Source of the DNA: an uncultured Solirubrobacterales bacterium
Lineage (GTDB): Bacteria > Actinomycetota > Thermoleophilia > Solirubrobacterales > Solirubrobacteraceae
Assembly: GCA_963726465.1 (NCBI GenBank)
Contig: CAVSCQ010000021.1
Span: 46,599-110,598 of the forward strand
Direction: 5' to 3'
Length of the DNA: 64,000 bases
Shown: piece after piece, positions 51,139 to 61,723 of the stretch
Position numbering within the stretch: position 1 is the stretch's first letter
Layout: each line of letters begins with the position of its first letter
Program-made: the position numbers and the translations under genes
The notes under the pieces: generated by a model
The model's database searches: none
Told to the model about the DNA's origin: nothing
Seen by the model: the letters and a program-made list of their open reading frames with translations, nothing else

Positions 51139-52335
51139 TCAGCCGACCGGGGCGGGAGCACTTGGTACAGGCGCGGGCGGCTGGGGCGGGATGTGGGGTG
51201 CCGGCGCGTCGGCGCCGTCGCGACGCGCCTGAGCCTGAGCAACATCCGCCATCGTGGTGCCTTGGCGTCCGTCTGCCTGCAACAGCAGCTTGAAGTCGTG
51301 GGGACTGCTCGCCACCTTGAGCGCTTCCTCGGTCGTTACGCGACCGGCCTTGACGTGGTGAAAGAGCGCTTGGTCGAAAGTCTGCATGCCGTAATAGGCA
51401 CCTGAGGAGATGGCCTCGCCTAGCTGGCCGGTCTGGTCGGGGTCGACGATCATGTCGCGCACACGGCCTGTCATGCGCAGGATCTCGCAGACCGCTACGC
51501 GTCCGCCTTGGGCGCCCGGGACAAGCCGCTGAGAGATGACTCCTCTGATCGTGCCCGCGATCATTGAGCGCGCCTGGTTGTGCTGATGGGGCGGGAAGAA
51601 GTCGAGCAGGCGGTTGATCGACTCGGCGGCGTCCACGGTGTGGACTGTGGACAGCACGAGGTGACCGGTCTCGGCCGCTGAGAGGGCAGTGCGCACTGTC
51701 TCTTCGTCGCGCATCTCCCCCACCAAGATCACATCGGGGTCCTGGCGCAGAACGCGGCGCAAAGCGCGCTCGAAGGACTTCGTGTCCATGCCGACCTCGC
51801 GCTGATTGATGACCGAGCGCTTGTCTTCGTGGACGAACTCGATCGGGTCCTCGATCGTGACGATGTGCTTGTTCATCGTCACGTTCATGTGGTCGATCAT
51901 GGCGGCCAGGGTCGTCGACTTGCCCGAACCGGTGGTGCCGGTGAGCAGGACAATGCCGCGCTCTTCCTCGGCCAGGTCACGCACGACGGGGGGCAGCGCC
52001 AGCTCATCGATCGTCGAGATCTTGGCGGGGATTGCCCTGCAAGCCAGTGAAGTGAGCCCGCGTTGGCGGAACGCGTTAACGCGGAAGCGTGCGAGGCCCT
52101 CGATTTCGAAGGAGAAGTCGACCTCGTGGTCGTCTGTGAACTCCTTCAGCTTGACCTGATCGTGGAGCAGTTCGTGCAGAGCGTGTTCGGTGTCATCAGC
52201 GCTGAGCGGGGCCATCGTCGAATCGGGGCCGAGCGAACCTTGGACGCGATACAAGGGCGGCGATCCGACCTTTAGGTGCAGGTCCGAGCCTTTCTCGCCC
52301 ACAAGTTTGCGCAGCGCTGCGTGCACGTCGAACAT
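51139..52335 (-). CDS. pilT: PilT/PilU type IV pilus retraction ATPase
   Basis: SDLHL, GTTGSGKSTT, TIEDPIE, RQDPDVILVGEMRD, GMQTFDQ. Confidence 0.9.
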   Translation of the reverse strand: MFDVHAALRKLVGEKGSDLHLKVGSPPLYRVQGSLGPDSTMAPLSADDTEHALHELLHDQVKLKEFTDDHEVDFSFEIEGLARFRVNAFRQRGLTSLACRAIPAKISTIDELALPPVVRDLAEEERGIVLLTGTTGSGKSTTLAAMIDHMNVTMNKHIVTIEDPIEFVHEDKRSVINQREVGMDTKSFERALRRVLRQDPDVILVGEMRDEETVRTALSAAETGHLVLSTVHTVDAAESINRLLDFFPPHQHNQARSMIAGTIRGVISQRLVPGAQGGRVAVCEILRMTGRVRDMIVDPDQTGQLGEAISSGAYYGMQTFDQALFHHVKAGRVTTEEALKVASSPHDFKLLLQADGRQGTTMADVAQAQARRDGADAPAPHIPPQPPAPVPSAPAPVG

Positions 52336-52410
52336 GACTCTCTCATCGGCTCATGCCCAACTCTGCTTGAGCCCCGGCTCCTGTGGCCCCCTAACCGGCC
52401 CTGACGTGCG

Positions 52411-53514
52411 TCAGGCGACGTCGCGAAGCTTTTGGGCCTCGGCCAAAGACTGCAGCTTCTTCAAGGACTGGTTCTCGATCTGACGAATGCGCTCGCGCGT
52501 GACATTGAACGTGCGCCCCACCTCGTCGAGTGTGCGGGGATGCTCTCCGCCCAAACCGTAGCGAAGCTCCAAGACGCGGCGCTCGCGATAGGAGAGGTTC
52601 TCCAGTGCCTCGCGCAAGGCCTCCTTGGTAAGAATCTCGGCGGCACGCTCATACGGGGACTCGGCGCGCTCATCGGCGATGAACTGGCCGAACTCGGACT
52701 CCTCCTCGTCGCCGACCGGCTTCTCCAGCGAGACTGGCGCTTGGGCGGAGCGCTTGATCGAGTCGACCTCTTCGGGGTCGATTCCGGTGACCTCGGCGAT
52801 CTCATCGGCGGTGGGCTCACGGCCCAACTCGGTCACGAGCTTGCGCTCGGCGCGGCCAATCTTGTTGAGCTTCTCTACGACGTGCACCGGGATGCGGATC
52901 GTGCGCGCCTTGTCGGCCAAAGCTCGGGCGATGGCCTGGCGGATCCACCAGGTGGCGTAGGTGGAGAACTTGAAGCCCTTGCGGTAGTCGAACTTCTCCG
53001 CGGCGCGCACCAAGCCGAGCGTGCCCTCTTGGATCAGGTCGAGGAAGGGAAGGCCCTGGTTGCGGTAGTTCTTGGCGATCGAGACGACCAAGCGCAGGTT
53101 GGACTCGACCATCTTCTGCTTGGCATCGAGGTCACCGCGCTCGATCCGCTTCGCCAAGTCCACCTCCTCCTGGGCGGTGAGCAGACGCACCTTGCCGATG
53201 TCCTTGAGGAACAACTGCAAGGAGTCGGTGGTCATATCCGGCTTGAGATCCAAGGCGGTCTTGGCCTTGCGCCGGCCGCGCTTGTCGGGAGCGCGTTCCA
53301 CCTGCGAGCCGGCGGCGGTGGCCGGATCGATGTCCTCGACAAGCTCGATCTCCGATTTCTCGAGGTAACCGTGCAGCTCCTCCACATCGGACTCGTCCAA
53401 GTCGAGGTCCGAGGTCGCCGTGGAGATCTCGGCGAACGTGAGTACTCCAACCTGCTGACCCTTGGTGAGCAGGTTCTTGACCTCTTCCAGCTCTTGCAGT
53501 TCCACCACTGACAT
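52411..53514 (-). CDS. rpoD: RpoD/SigA-like sigma-70 factor
   Basis: Regions 1.1-4: [32 protein letters not shown]. Confidence 0.85.
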   Translation of the reverse strand: MSVVELQELEEVKNLLTKGQQVGVLTFAEISTATSDLDLDESDVEELHGYLEKSEIELVEDIDPATAAGSQVERAPDKRGRRKAKTALDLKPDMTTDSLQLFLKDIGKVRLLTAQEEVDLAKRIERGDLDAKQKMVESNLRLVVSIAKNYRNQGLPFLDLIQEGTLGLVRAAEKFDYRKGFKFSTYATWWIRQAIARALADKARTIRIPVHVVEKLNKIGRAERKLVTELGREPTADEIAEVTGIDPEEVDSIKRSAQAPVSLEKPVGDEEESEFGQFIADERAESPYERAAEILTKEALREALENLSYRERRVLELRYGLGGEHPRTLDEVGRTFNVTRERIRQIENQSLKKLQSLAEAQKLRDVA

Positions 53515-53738
53515 GCGTTTTTCCGTTTCCGTCGGGAGGCTCCCCGAGAGCGCATAACCCGCCACACGGGTCGCCTCGGGGTGCTGTTCGAGGACTACCT
53601 TAGCCGGGGATGTGGCCGAAACCCTCCCGACAGTACAGCTCAGATGTACCCGTCCATCCTAACGCTTCCTGACCCGCGGCGAGGCGAAAAAGCACGCACC
53701 GTGCACGATCGATGCAGGTGCGCGATGATTGCAAGACC

Positions 53739-54257
53739 TTGAGCACACGCGAGACCAACAACTCCGAGAGCCATCCAGAGAACCCTGTGGAGGGCGGTGT
53801 CCTGGCGGCTCTACCGCGCACCAGGCCGCAAAGGGTCAGTCCTCGCCGGGCCGCGGCGCGGCAGCGGACTGACAAGGCGAGGCCCGAGGCGCGCGGCTCA
53901 GCGCCCGCACGAAGCGCTCCCAAGACCACTCCGACCGCACCAGCAGCAGAGGCCCCTCCGGCCAAGCTCAAAGCCAAGGCCAAAGTCAAGACGGTCAAGA
54001 CAAAGCCTGCATCCGCAAAGCCCGCCCCCAAGGCCAAGGCCGCTTTTAGGAGTAGGAGCAAGCCCGCCGAAGCGCCCGCCCCGAAGCAAGGCTACGAGCC
54101 CGAGGAGGATGTCGAGCTGGGCAAGACCGTCAACCCACCCAGCGGCGTTGAGTTGGTGGAGTCGGTAGCGGACATCTTCGGCGAGCTCGCTAACTCGAGC
54201 CTGGCCGCGGGCGGACGAATCCTCAAGGACGCTTTCTCGCTGCTGCGCCGTCCCTAG
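53739..54257 (+). CDS. Lys/Ala/Pro-rich hypothetical protein
   Basis: Histone-H1-like middle, amphipathic C-terminal helix; start uncertain (53712 or 53739). Confidence 0.6.
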   Translation: MSTRETNNSESHPENPVEGGVLAALPRTRPQRVSPRRAAARQRTDKARPEARGSAPARSAPKTTPTAPAAEAPPAKLKAKAKVKTVKTKPASAKPAPKAKAAFRSRSKPAEAPAPKQGYEPEEDVELGKTVNPPSGVELVESVADIFGELANSSLAAGGRILKDAFSLLRRP

Positions 54258-54287
54258 AAGGCGTCGGCCGAGCCTGTATACTGCGCG

Positions 54288-54444
54288 GACGCCGAGTTCT
54301 TGCGGCCCAGGTCACAAGAAACGGGGGACCCAATGCTCACCGGAAGCTTCGATGTGGAGCCGACGATGTGCGGGGGCGAATCGGTCTGTTCTCAGGTCGT
54401 AGCGCGGCAATAGCGCGAGCCCGTCAGCTCACCCCGTAGGCGAC
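54288..54444 (+). ncRNA. c-di-AMP (ydaO/yuaA) riboswitch
   Basis: CGCCGAGT...CGGGGGACCCA...GGGGCGAATC...GAGCCCGTCAGCTCACCCCGTAGGCG; TATACT -10 at 54277; precedes a cell-wall enzyme gene. Confidence 0.88.
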
Positions 54445-54451
54445 GCTTCAA

Positions 54452-54955
54452 ATGAACCGAACGTTTGCGAACAAGACGCTGCTTGCCGTGGCCATTGCGC
54501 TCCTGAGCGCAGGCGCACAGGTTCCCGTCGCGCTCGGCGCGACGGGAGGCGCCACAGCGCCCGGTGGCGCCACGGGCACACCCACCACTCGCCACGGTGC
54601 GCAGATCGCAACGTGGTTCGGACCGGGCTTCTATGGCCAGAAGACGGCTTGCGGACAGACCATGAGCCCCGTCATCGTGGGCGTGGCTTCGCGGACACTG
54701 CCATGTGGGACGCTCGTCTTGGTCAACTACAAAGGCCACCGTCTCACGGTCCCCGTGATCGATCGAGGCCCCTACTCCAACGGCGCCACCTGGGATTTGA
54801 CCTGGGGAGCGGCAAGCGCGCTCACGATCGCGGACACGGTTCGCGTGAAGACGAAGGTCGTGGGCAAAGCGCCGAACACCCCTTTGCTGGGAGTACCGGC
54901 CGAAGCGATGCCAAGCCCCGAAGCGCTCGCCGCCGGCGGCACCGCCGCCGCTTGA
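54452..54955 (+). CDS. RlpA-like DPBB lytic transglycosylase, secreted
   Basis: ATWFGPGFYGQKTACG, RTLPCGT, VIDRGPY, WDL. Confidence 0.88.
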   Translation: MNRTFANKTLLAVAIALLSAGAQVPVALGATGGATAPGGATGTPTTRHGAQIATWFGPGFYGQKTACGQTMSPVIVGVASRTLPCGTLVLVNYKGHRLTVPVIDRGPYSNGATWDLTWGAASALTIADTVRVKTKVVGKAPNTPLLGVPAEAMPSPEALAAGGTAAA

Positions 54956-54961
54956 TTTAGA

Positions 54962-55990
54962 TCAGCCGGTCGGCGGAGGATCGGTGTGGGCAATCGAGCG
55001 CCCCGTGGCCCGTGCTGAATAGACGCCCAGATCGGCGCGAGCGGCCAGGGCCGGCGCCTCGGTGCCGTCGTCGGGACAGACGGCGATGCCGATCGCGACC
55101 TCCATCGGCACACCGCGATGGGAAGCAGATGTGCGCACGAGTCTGGCCAGGCGCTCGGCGAGCATCCGCGCGCCCGTACCGTTGGTCTCGGGCGCCACGA
55201 GCCAGTAGCGGCCGAGCGTCTCGCGGGAGAGGTGGTCGCTTGCCCGCATCCCTTGGCCGAGCGCGCCCTCGACCTTGGCGACCAGGCCGTGCAGATCGTG
55301 GGGCGTCTCCGAGCGCTCCAGCTGGGCCACGTCGACGATCTCGACCAGCAGGACTGCGAATGGGAGCCCGTCCTCAGCGTGGCGGGCAAGCAGGCGGCCG
55401 ACCGAGGAGACCCAGGCCGAAGGCCCCTCTTCGCGGCGCACGTCCCTGATCTCGATCTCCGGTTGAAGCGGCTGGACGGTGGCCATGGGCTCCGCCATGG
55501 CGCCCGGCGCCTGCTCGTCGACGAGTTTAGTGGGCGCGTGCGCGCCCGCGGACGAGACGACAGGTTGGAAAGCGCCGGCAAGATCGGGGCCCGAGGGCGA
55601 CTCTGAGCGGGCAGGCTGAGTGCGAGCGGGCGGGGTGCGCCGCTCACCCGCGGGCCGCCCCAGCGAGCCGGACGCGGGAGCGCCGGAGACCGGCGTGCTC
55701 GACAGGGGAGCGTCGTGGACCTGGTGGCCGGGCGCGGCAGAGGCCGGCGGATTGCTGGGCGCGGACGGAGAAGGCGCATCGCCGGGCGCGGAGGGCGCGA
55801 GCATCGCCACCGTCGAGGACACCTCGGCCAGTCGCTCGGAGAGAGCCGCCAGGCGGGCAGCATCGGGAGCAACGAGCTCCTCGTGCAAGGTCTCCCAGAG
55901 CACGTCGCACAGCTGCTGAGCCGCGCGCGCGCCGCGCCTCAGCCGCTCGAGCGCGGCCGCTTCGGTCGAAGAGTTGGGTAGGTCTCTCAC
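54962..55990 (-). CDS. Degenerate GGDEF-like domain protein
   Basis: FAVLLVEI...MRASDHLSRETLGRYWLVAPET...IGIAVCP...ADLGVYSAR. Confidence 0.7.
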   Translation of the reverse strand: MRDLPNSSTEAAALERLRRGARAAQQLCDVLWETLHEELVAPDAARLAALSERLAEVSSTVAMLAPSAPGDAPSPSAPSNPPASAAPGHQVHDAPLSSTPVSGAPASGSLGRPAGERRTPPARTQPARSESPSGPDLAGAFQPVVSSAGAHAPTKLVDEQAPGAMAEPMATVQPLQPEIEIRDVRREEGPSAWVSSVGRLLARHAEDGLPFAVLLVEIVDVAQLERSETPHDLHGLVAKVEGALGQGMRASDHLSRETLGRYWLVAPETNGTGARMLAERLARLVRTSASHRGVPMEVAIGIAVCPDDGTEAPALAARADLGVYSARATGRSIAHTDPPPTG

Positions 55991-56215
55991 AGGACGTTGA
56001 TATCAGCAGCGAAGGACAAGACGCAGCCCCATCGACAGGGGTGGCCGCGCTCTTTACGCAAACAGCGCACATCCGATCAACGGGCCAGAGACGGCCCTGC
56101 GTGCGCGGCAGGCCACCGAAGCAACATACGCGCCGCGCATGCTCGTGAGCCGACGCGCAGATGCTCGGAGCCGAGGCGCGGTCGGACCGGGCCCTCGCGC
56201 ATATAGCCTTGAAGG

Positions 56216-56839
56216 GTGGGGCGCAAGCCGAAGATCGCAGAGGTGTCCGAGCTGGCGGACCACACCACCGAAGACCCTGTGAGCGGAGCGATGCGCTCGG
56301 TGCAGGCGGCCGACGTGACGATGCCGACGGCGGAGCTCGAAAGGTTGTGGACGCCCGCACACTTGGAGCGGCTGGCGCGCACCTATTGGCGATTCATCGC
56401 ACGCGCGACGCTAGGCCTCGTGCGGGTGCTCTACGACGACTCGGGGCACTCGGTGGTGCTCCTCGCGCGCCCCTTGAAGTTGCTCACGTTCGATGTCCCC
56501 GAATACGAGCTGGACGACGAGCACGGGGTCGTGCGCTGGCGCATGAAGCGCGGCGTGCTCGTCGCGCGCAGCGGGCGCGGCGGCCACGGACATCTACAGA
56601 TCGACGTTCGCAAGCTGCCAGACGCCACGCCGGGCGAGGCCAAGCTCCAGGTGGAGGTGGAAGTGGCGAACTTCCACCCCGCGATCGCCTCGGGCTTCGG
56701 GCGGCGCGTGTACAACGCCACCCAGGCCAAGATCCACGTATTCGTGACCCACGGCTTCCTGCGCTCGCTGGCGCGCCTGGACCTGGCCGAGTCGAGGGTG
56801 GGCCGGCTTGTGCCTACCCGAAGCGAGCGTCGCCGCTGA
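56216..56839 (+). CDS. Hypothetical protein
   Basis: 207-aa ORF with protein-like composition and host-like codon usage. Confidence 0.65.
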   Translation: MGRKPKIAEVSELADHTTEDPVSGAMRSVQAADVTMPTAELERLWTPAHLERLARTYWRFIARATLGLVRVLYDDSGHSVVLLARPLKLLTFDVPEYELDDEHGVVRWRMKRGVLVARSGRGGHGHLQIDVRKLPDATPGEAKLQVEVEVANFHPAIASGFGRRVYNATQAKIHVFVTHGFLRSLARLDLAESRVGRLVPTRSERRR

Positions 56840-57827
56840 GCGCGCGCAGCTTGGCGCGATCGTGCGTGGCACGTATGCGGCGCACCGTGCCCGAGCGCGA
56901 GCGCGTGACCAAGGATTCGGTGGTGGCGCCACCCGCACTGGGATAGCGCACACCCTGCAGGACATCCCCGTCGGTTATCCCGGTTGCCGAGAAGAAGACG
57001 TCATCGCCGGCTACCAGGTCGTCGCGGGTCAAGACACGCTCCAAGTCATAACCGGCATCCAAAGCGGCTGAGCGCTCATCCTCGTTGCGCGGCCACAGTC
57101 GTCCCAGTAGTTGACCCCCCAAGCACTTGATCGCGGCGGCGGAGATGACTCCCTCGGGGGTACCCCCTATCCCCCACAGGAGATCGACGGGGGAGCGCTC
57201 GGTGACGGCCAGCAGAGAAGCCGAGACGTCGCCGTGTGGAATCAAGCGCACGCGCGCGCCGGCCTCGCGGATCTCGCGGATCGCCTCTTCGTGGCGGGGA
57301 CGGTCGAGCACGACCACGATCACATCCCCGAGCGGACGGCCCTTGCGCTCGGCGATCAGCTTGACCGTCTCAGACAAGGGACGGTCAAGGTCAAGCAGAT
57401 CGGCGATCTCGGGACGGCCGGCCATCTTTTCCATGTAGACACAGGGACCCGGGTCGAACATGGTGCCCTTGCTCGACAGGGCGATCACGGCCAAAGCGGA
57501 GGGCATGCCGTGGGCGGCCAAGGTAGTCCCCTCCAAAGGATCGACGGCGATGTCCACCTCGGGCGGGGAGCCGTCGCCGATGCGCTCGCCGTTGTAGAGC
57601 ATCGGCGCCTCGTCCTTCTCTCCCTCGCCGATCACCACGGTGCCGTCCATCGCCACGGAATGCAGGGCGTAGCGCATACCGTCGACGGCGGCTTGGTCGG
57701 CCGCCTCCTTGTCGCCCATGCCTACTAGCGGCGCGGCGGCGAGAGCCGCGAACTCGGTCACGCGGACCAACTCCAGCGCGAGGTTGCGGTCGGGACGCGT
57801 CGAGGGGGAGGACGAATCTGGGCTCAT
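56814..57827 (-). CDS. glpX: Class II fructose-1,6-bisphosphatase
   Basis: IGEGEKDEAPML, DPLEGT, YMEK, GGTPEGV. Confidence 0.95.
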   Translation of the reverse strand: MSPDSSSPSTRPDRNLALELVRVTEFAALAAAPLVGMGDKEAADQAAVDGMRYALHSVAMDGTVVIGEGEKDEAPMLYNGERIGDGSPPEVDIAVDPLEGTTLAAHGMPSALAVIALSSKGTMFDPGPCVYMEKMAGRPEIADLLDLDRPLSETVKLIAERKGRPLGDVIVVVLDRPRHEEAIREIREAGARVRLIPHGDVSASLLAVTERSPVDLLWGIGGTPEGVISAAAIKCLGGQLLGRLWPRNEDERSAALDAGYDLERVLTRDDLVAGDDVFFSATGITDGDVLQGVRYPSAGGATTESLVTRSRSGTVRRIRATHDRAKLRALSGDARFG

Positions 57828-57866
57828 CGAGACGAAAACCTACACGAGCAGGCTAGGATGCCGACG

Positions 57867-58886
57867 ATGAGCGAAATCGGATTTGTCGGACTGGGCAAGA
57901 TGGGCGGAAACATGGTGCACCGCATCCGGCGCGACTCCGAGCACGAAGTAGTCGCTTTCGACTTCGATAAGGGGGCGGTCGCCCAGGCCGTCAAGAACGG
58001 AGCTCGCGGCGCCACCTCGCTGGCCGACATGGTCAAGAAGCTGAAGGCGCCGCGCATGGTGTGGATCATGGTGCCGGCCGGCGATCCCACGCAGGAGACC
58101 GTGGACAAGCTGGCCAAGCTGCTGGAGAAGGGCGACACGATCGTCGACGGCGGCAACTCGAAGTGGGTCGATGACAAGCGACGCGCAAAGGAACTAGCCA
58201 AGCAAGGCATCCGCTACGTGGATGTGGGCGTGTCCGGCGGCGTTTGGGGTATCGAGGTGGGCTACTGCATGATGGTCGGCGGACCTGCAGCCGCGGTCAA
58301 GCAGCTCTCACCGATCCTCGACGTGCTGGCGCCCGAGACCAGCACCGACAGCGTGGAGGCCATCGGCGAGCGGGGCTGGCTGCGCTTTGGCGGAGCGGGC
58401 GCGGGGCACTACGTGAAGATGGTGCACAACGGTGTGGAGTACGGCTTGATGCAGGCCTACGCCGAGGGCTTCGACGTGTTTGACGCATCAGAGTATGAGC
58501 TCGATAACGCCAAGATCGCCCACCTTTGGAACCAAGGTTCGGTCGTGAGGTCTTGGCTTTGCGAACTGGCAGCCAGGGCATTCGAAGCCGACGGCAACGA
58601 GCTTGAGAAGATCGAGGGCTGGACCGCGGACTCCGGCGAGGGACGCTGGACGATCGAGGACGCCACCGCCAAAGACGTGCCCACGCCGGTGATCACGGCT
58701 TCGCTGTACGAGCGTCTGTCCTCTCGAGGAAACGGCGAGTTCGCGCACAGGGTGCTGGCCGCCTTGCGCAACCAGTTCGGGGGACACGCCGTGAAGGCGA
58801 ACCCGGCGACCGCGAGCTCCGCCGGCGCCAAGCCGAAGGGGCGCGGCGCGAGTAAAGGCTCGGGGCCGAGCGGGAAGCGCCGGTAG
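57867..58886 (+). CDS. gnd: 6-phosphogluconate dehydrogenase (short-chain type)
   Basis: GLGKMG, DGGNS, KMVHNGVEYG, DSGEGRWT, RNQFGGH. Confidence 0.95.
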   Translation: MSEIGFVGLGKMGGNMVHRIRRDSEHEVVAFDFDKGAVAQAVKNGARGATSLADMVKKLKAPRMVWIMVPAGDPTQETVDKLAKLLEKGDTIVDGGNSKWVDDKRRAKELAKQGIRYVDVGVSGGVWGIEVGYCMMVGGPAAAVKQLSPILDVLAPETSTDSVEAIGERGWLRFGGAGAGHYVKMVHNGVEYGLMQAYAEGFDVFDASEYELDNAKIAHLWNQGSVVRSWLCELAARAFEADGNELEKIEGWTADSGEGRWTIEDATAKDVPTPVITASLYERLSSRGNGEFAHRVLAALRNQFGGHAVKANPATASSAGAKPKGRGASKGSGPSGKRR

Positions 58887-58892
58887 GCGCAG

Positions 58893-60455
58893 ATGGCGGC
58901 CGTCGCGACGACCGCGTCGGAGGAGAACCCGCTGACAGCCGGTTTGGAGCGCCTGCCGGTTGCGCCGACCACGCTCGTGATCTTTGGCGCCACGGGCGAC
59001 CTGGCTCGCAGAAAGCTGTTGCCCGCGCTGTACAACTTGGCGCACGAGGGAGCCTTGCCCGAGCGCTTCAACCTGGTGGGGGTGGCGCGCCGGGAAAAGG
59101 AGAACGAGGACTACCGCGTGGAGTGCGAGCAGGCGATCAGACAATTCTCGCGCAGGCCACCCGACCCCGACGTCCTCAAGCGACTGCTCGAAGACGTGAA
59201 GTACGTGCAAGGAACCTTCGACGACGAGCGGGTGTACGCAAAGCTCGAAAAGACGCTCGACCGCTTTGAGGAGAAGGCGGGCGAGCCGCTGAGCCGAGCC
59301 TTCTACCTGTCGACCGCGCCTTCGTTCTTCCCGGTGATCGTGCAAGCGCTCGGCAAACAGGGCCTCGACCGCCATGAGGGAGCCGACGTGAGAGTGGTGA
59401 TCGAGAAGCCGTTTGGAACCTCGCTCGAGGAGGCGCGCGAGCTCAACCGGACGGTGCTCAGTGTGTTCGAGGAGCAGCAGGTCTTCAGGATCGACCACTA
59501 CCTGGGCAAGGAGACGGTGCAGAACATGATGGCGTTCAGGTTCGCCAACGGCATGTTCGAGCCGCTGTGGAACCGCAACTACATCGACCAGGTGCAGATC
59601 ACCGCCGCCGAGGACATCGGCATCGGCACGAGGGCCGGCTACTACGACGATGCGGGCGCCTTGAGGGACCTGATCCAGAATCACATGTTGCAGCTGCTTT
59701 GCCACGTAGCTATGGAGCCGCCGGTCAGCTTTACCGCCGATGAGGTACGCAACGAGAAGGTCAAGGTGCTGCAGTCGATTGCCGAGCCGATCGAGTCGGA
59801 GATCGATCGGATGGCGGTCAGGGCCCAGTACGCCAAGGGGCACGCCGGCGGTGAGGACGTGGCCGGTTACCTGGAAGAGCCGGGCATCCCACCCGACTCG
59901 ACAACGGAGACGTTCGCGGCGATTCGTCTGGAAGTGGACAACTGGCGCTGGGCGGGGGTGCCGTTCTATCTGCGCACCGGCAAGCGACTGGCTCGCAAAG
60001 TAACCGAGATCGCGGTGACCTTGAAGCCGGTGCCGCACTTGACCTTCAGCCAAGACGGCTCGCTGGGGGTGCTACCCAATCAGCTGATCCTCACGCTGCA
60101 ACCCAACGAGGGCGTGTCGCTGCGTCTGGGCGCCAAGATCCCGGGCTCGCGAATGGTGATCAGACCGGTCCACATGGAGTTCTTGTATGGGACCGCCTTC
60201 CTATCGCAGTCGCCGGAGGCCTACGAGCGCCTGATCACCGACGCGATGAGAGGCGACGCGACGCTGTTCACTAGAGACGACGAGGTCGAGGCGCAGTGGC
60301 GCATCTGTGACCCGATCCTCAAATATTGGGAGTCCAGCTACCCAGACACACAGGGATCGCAGGTAGTTGGGATACCTCAATACGAGGCAGGCTCCCAGGG
60401 GCCGGCCGAGGCGGACGAGATCCTGCTCCCCGAGCAGTCTTGGCGCGCGATCTGA
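58893..60455 (+). CDS. zwf: Glucose-6-phosphate dehydrogenase
   Basis: GATGDLA, EKPFG, RIDHYLGKE. Confidence 0.97.
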   Translation: MAAVATTASEENPLTAGLERLPVAPTTLVIFGATGDLARRKLLPALYNLAHEGALPERFNLVGVARREKENEDYRVECEQAIRQFSRRPPDPDVLKRLLEDVKYVQGTFDDERVYAKLEKTLDRFEEKAGEPLSRAFYLSTAPSFFPVIVQALGKQGLDRHEGADVRVVIEKPFGTSLEEARELNRTVLSVFEEQQVFRIDHYLGKETVQNMMAFRFANGMFEPLWNRNYIDQVQITAAEDIGIGTRAGYYDDAGALRDLIQNHMLQLLCHVAMEPPVSFTADEVRNEKVKVLQSIAEPIESEIDRMAVRAQYAKGHAGGEDVAGYLEEPGIPPDSTTETFAAIRLEVDNWRWAGVPFYLRTGKRLARKVTEIAVTLKPVPHLTFSQDGSLGVLPNQLILTLQPNEGVSLRLGAKIPGSRMVIRPVHMEFLYGTAFLSQSPEAYERLITDAMRGDATLFTRDDEVEAQWRICDPILKYWESSYPDTQGSQVVGIPQYEAGSQGPAEADEILLPEQSWRAI

Positions 60456-60465
60456 TGGGATCGCG

Positions 60466-61612
60466 GTGAGCGTCGCATCAGGGCCCCTGCCCGATGCGGT
60501 GTGGAGCGCGCAAGGCACGACTCCCGACGCGATCGAAAGCGCGCTGCGCAATTTGGCCAAGGAGCGCCACGGTGAAAACGGCGGCCTTGCGCCTTCCCGC
60601 GCCTTGAACATGATCGTATTCGTGGATAGCGCCTATAGCGGCGAGATCGCCAACCGGCTGGCGAGCGTCGGGCGCTATCACGCCTCGCGCCTGGTCGTCC
60701 TCTCCTACGAGGCGAGCCGCACTCGCTTGGACGCGCGGGCGGTCGTAGCAACCGACACCGAACCCCAGCACGGCGAGCTGGGATTGCTGCGCGAGACGGT
60801 GACGGTGGAGATCGGCGAGCGTCACCTGGATGACTTGGTGACGATCGTAGATCCGCTCGTGGTGACCGATCTGGCGACATTGCTGTGGTCCCCGCACGGG
60901 CACCCGGAGGCGGTGGACGAGCTGCTCGCCGTCTCCCAAGCCGTCCTGTTGGACTCGCTCGACGACCCCTCTTGGCGCTCGGCCTTGGACCGGGCCTGCG
61001 CACTGCGCAAGCGGGCCTATGTGGTGGACTTGGCTTGGCTGCGCAGCACCCCTTGGCGCGAGCGGGTCGCCGCCGCGTTTGACTCTCCCACGATGCGAGC
61101 CGAGTTGAGCCGAATCGAGACAGTGTCGGTACGCCACCACCCCGACTCGACGGTCGCCGCAATGATGCTGGTCGGCTGGCTGGGTTCGCGGCTGGGCTGG
61201 GAAATGAGTCCGCTGAGAGCAAAGGGCGCCGTCTTGACGGGCAGCGCCACAGTCGCCCACGCAGGCGACGATTACGACGTCGATTCAAGCGATGGTATGA
61301 GCGCGCAAGCGCAAGCGAGACAAGTGCACACGATCGCGATCAAACTGGAGCAGGCGCCTGAGCAGACGGTCCCGGGAGATCGAGAGCTCCCGGCGGTATG
61401 CACCACCAGCGGACGCCGCCTGGGGCTCAAGCGGGGCACGGGCGGGTTGCGGGCGCGTAGCCGCGATGAGCAAGGGACAGGAACGGGAATGGACGATCTT
61501 GGGCGCCTCGCGCGGAGAGAGCGGCATCTTGGGCGAGGGCATCAGGCAGTCGCTGTTGCGCGACCCCACATATGGGCCGGCCTTGGCGGCCGCCGAGGCG
61601 ATGACGCCGTGA
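60466..61612 (+). CDS. opcA: G6PD assembly protein OpcA (frameshift near 61470)
   Basis: Follows zwf; DLAWLRSTPWR, GWLGSRLGW; tail WTILGASRGESGILGEGIRQSLLRDPTY lies in another frame. Confidence 0.8.
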
Positions 61613-61723
61613 CTTCGCACGGTTATCCGAGTAGTCGGGCGAGCCGACCGAGCAGAAGGCGCACTCGATACAAAGGATTGCTTCGCTCGCGCGCTTAACC
61701 TTCTAGAGTGGCGAGGCGAAGCT

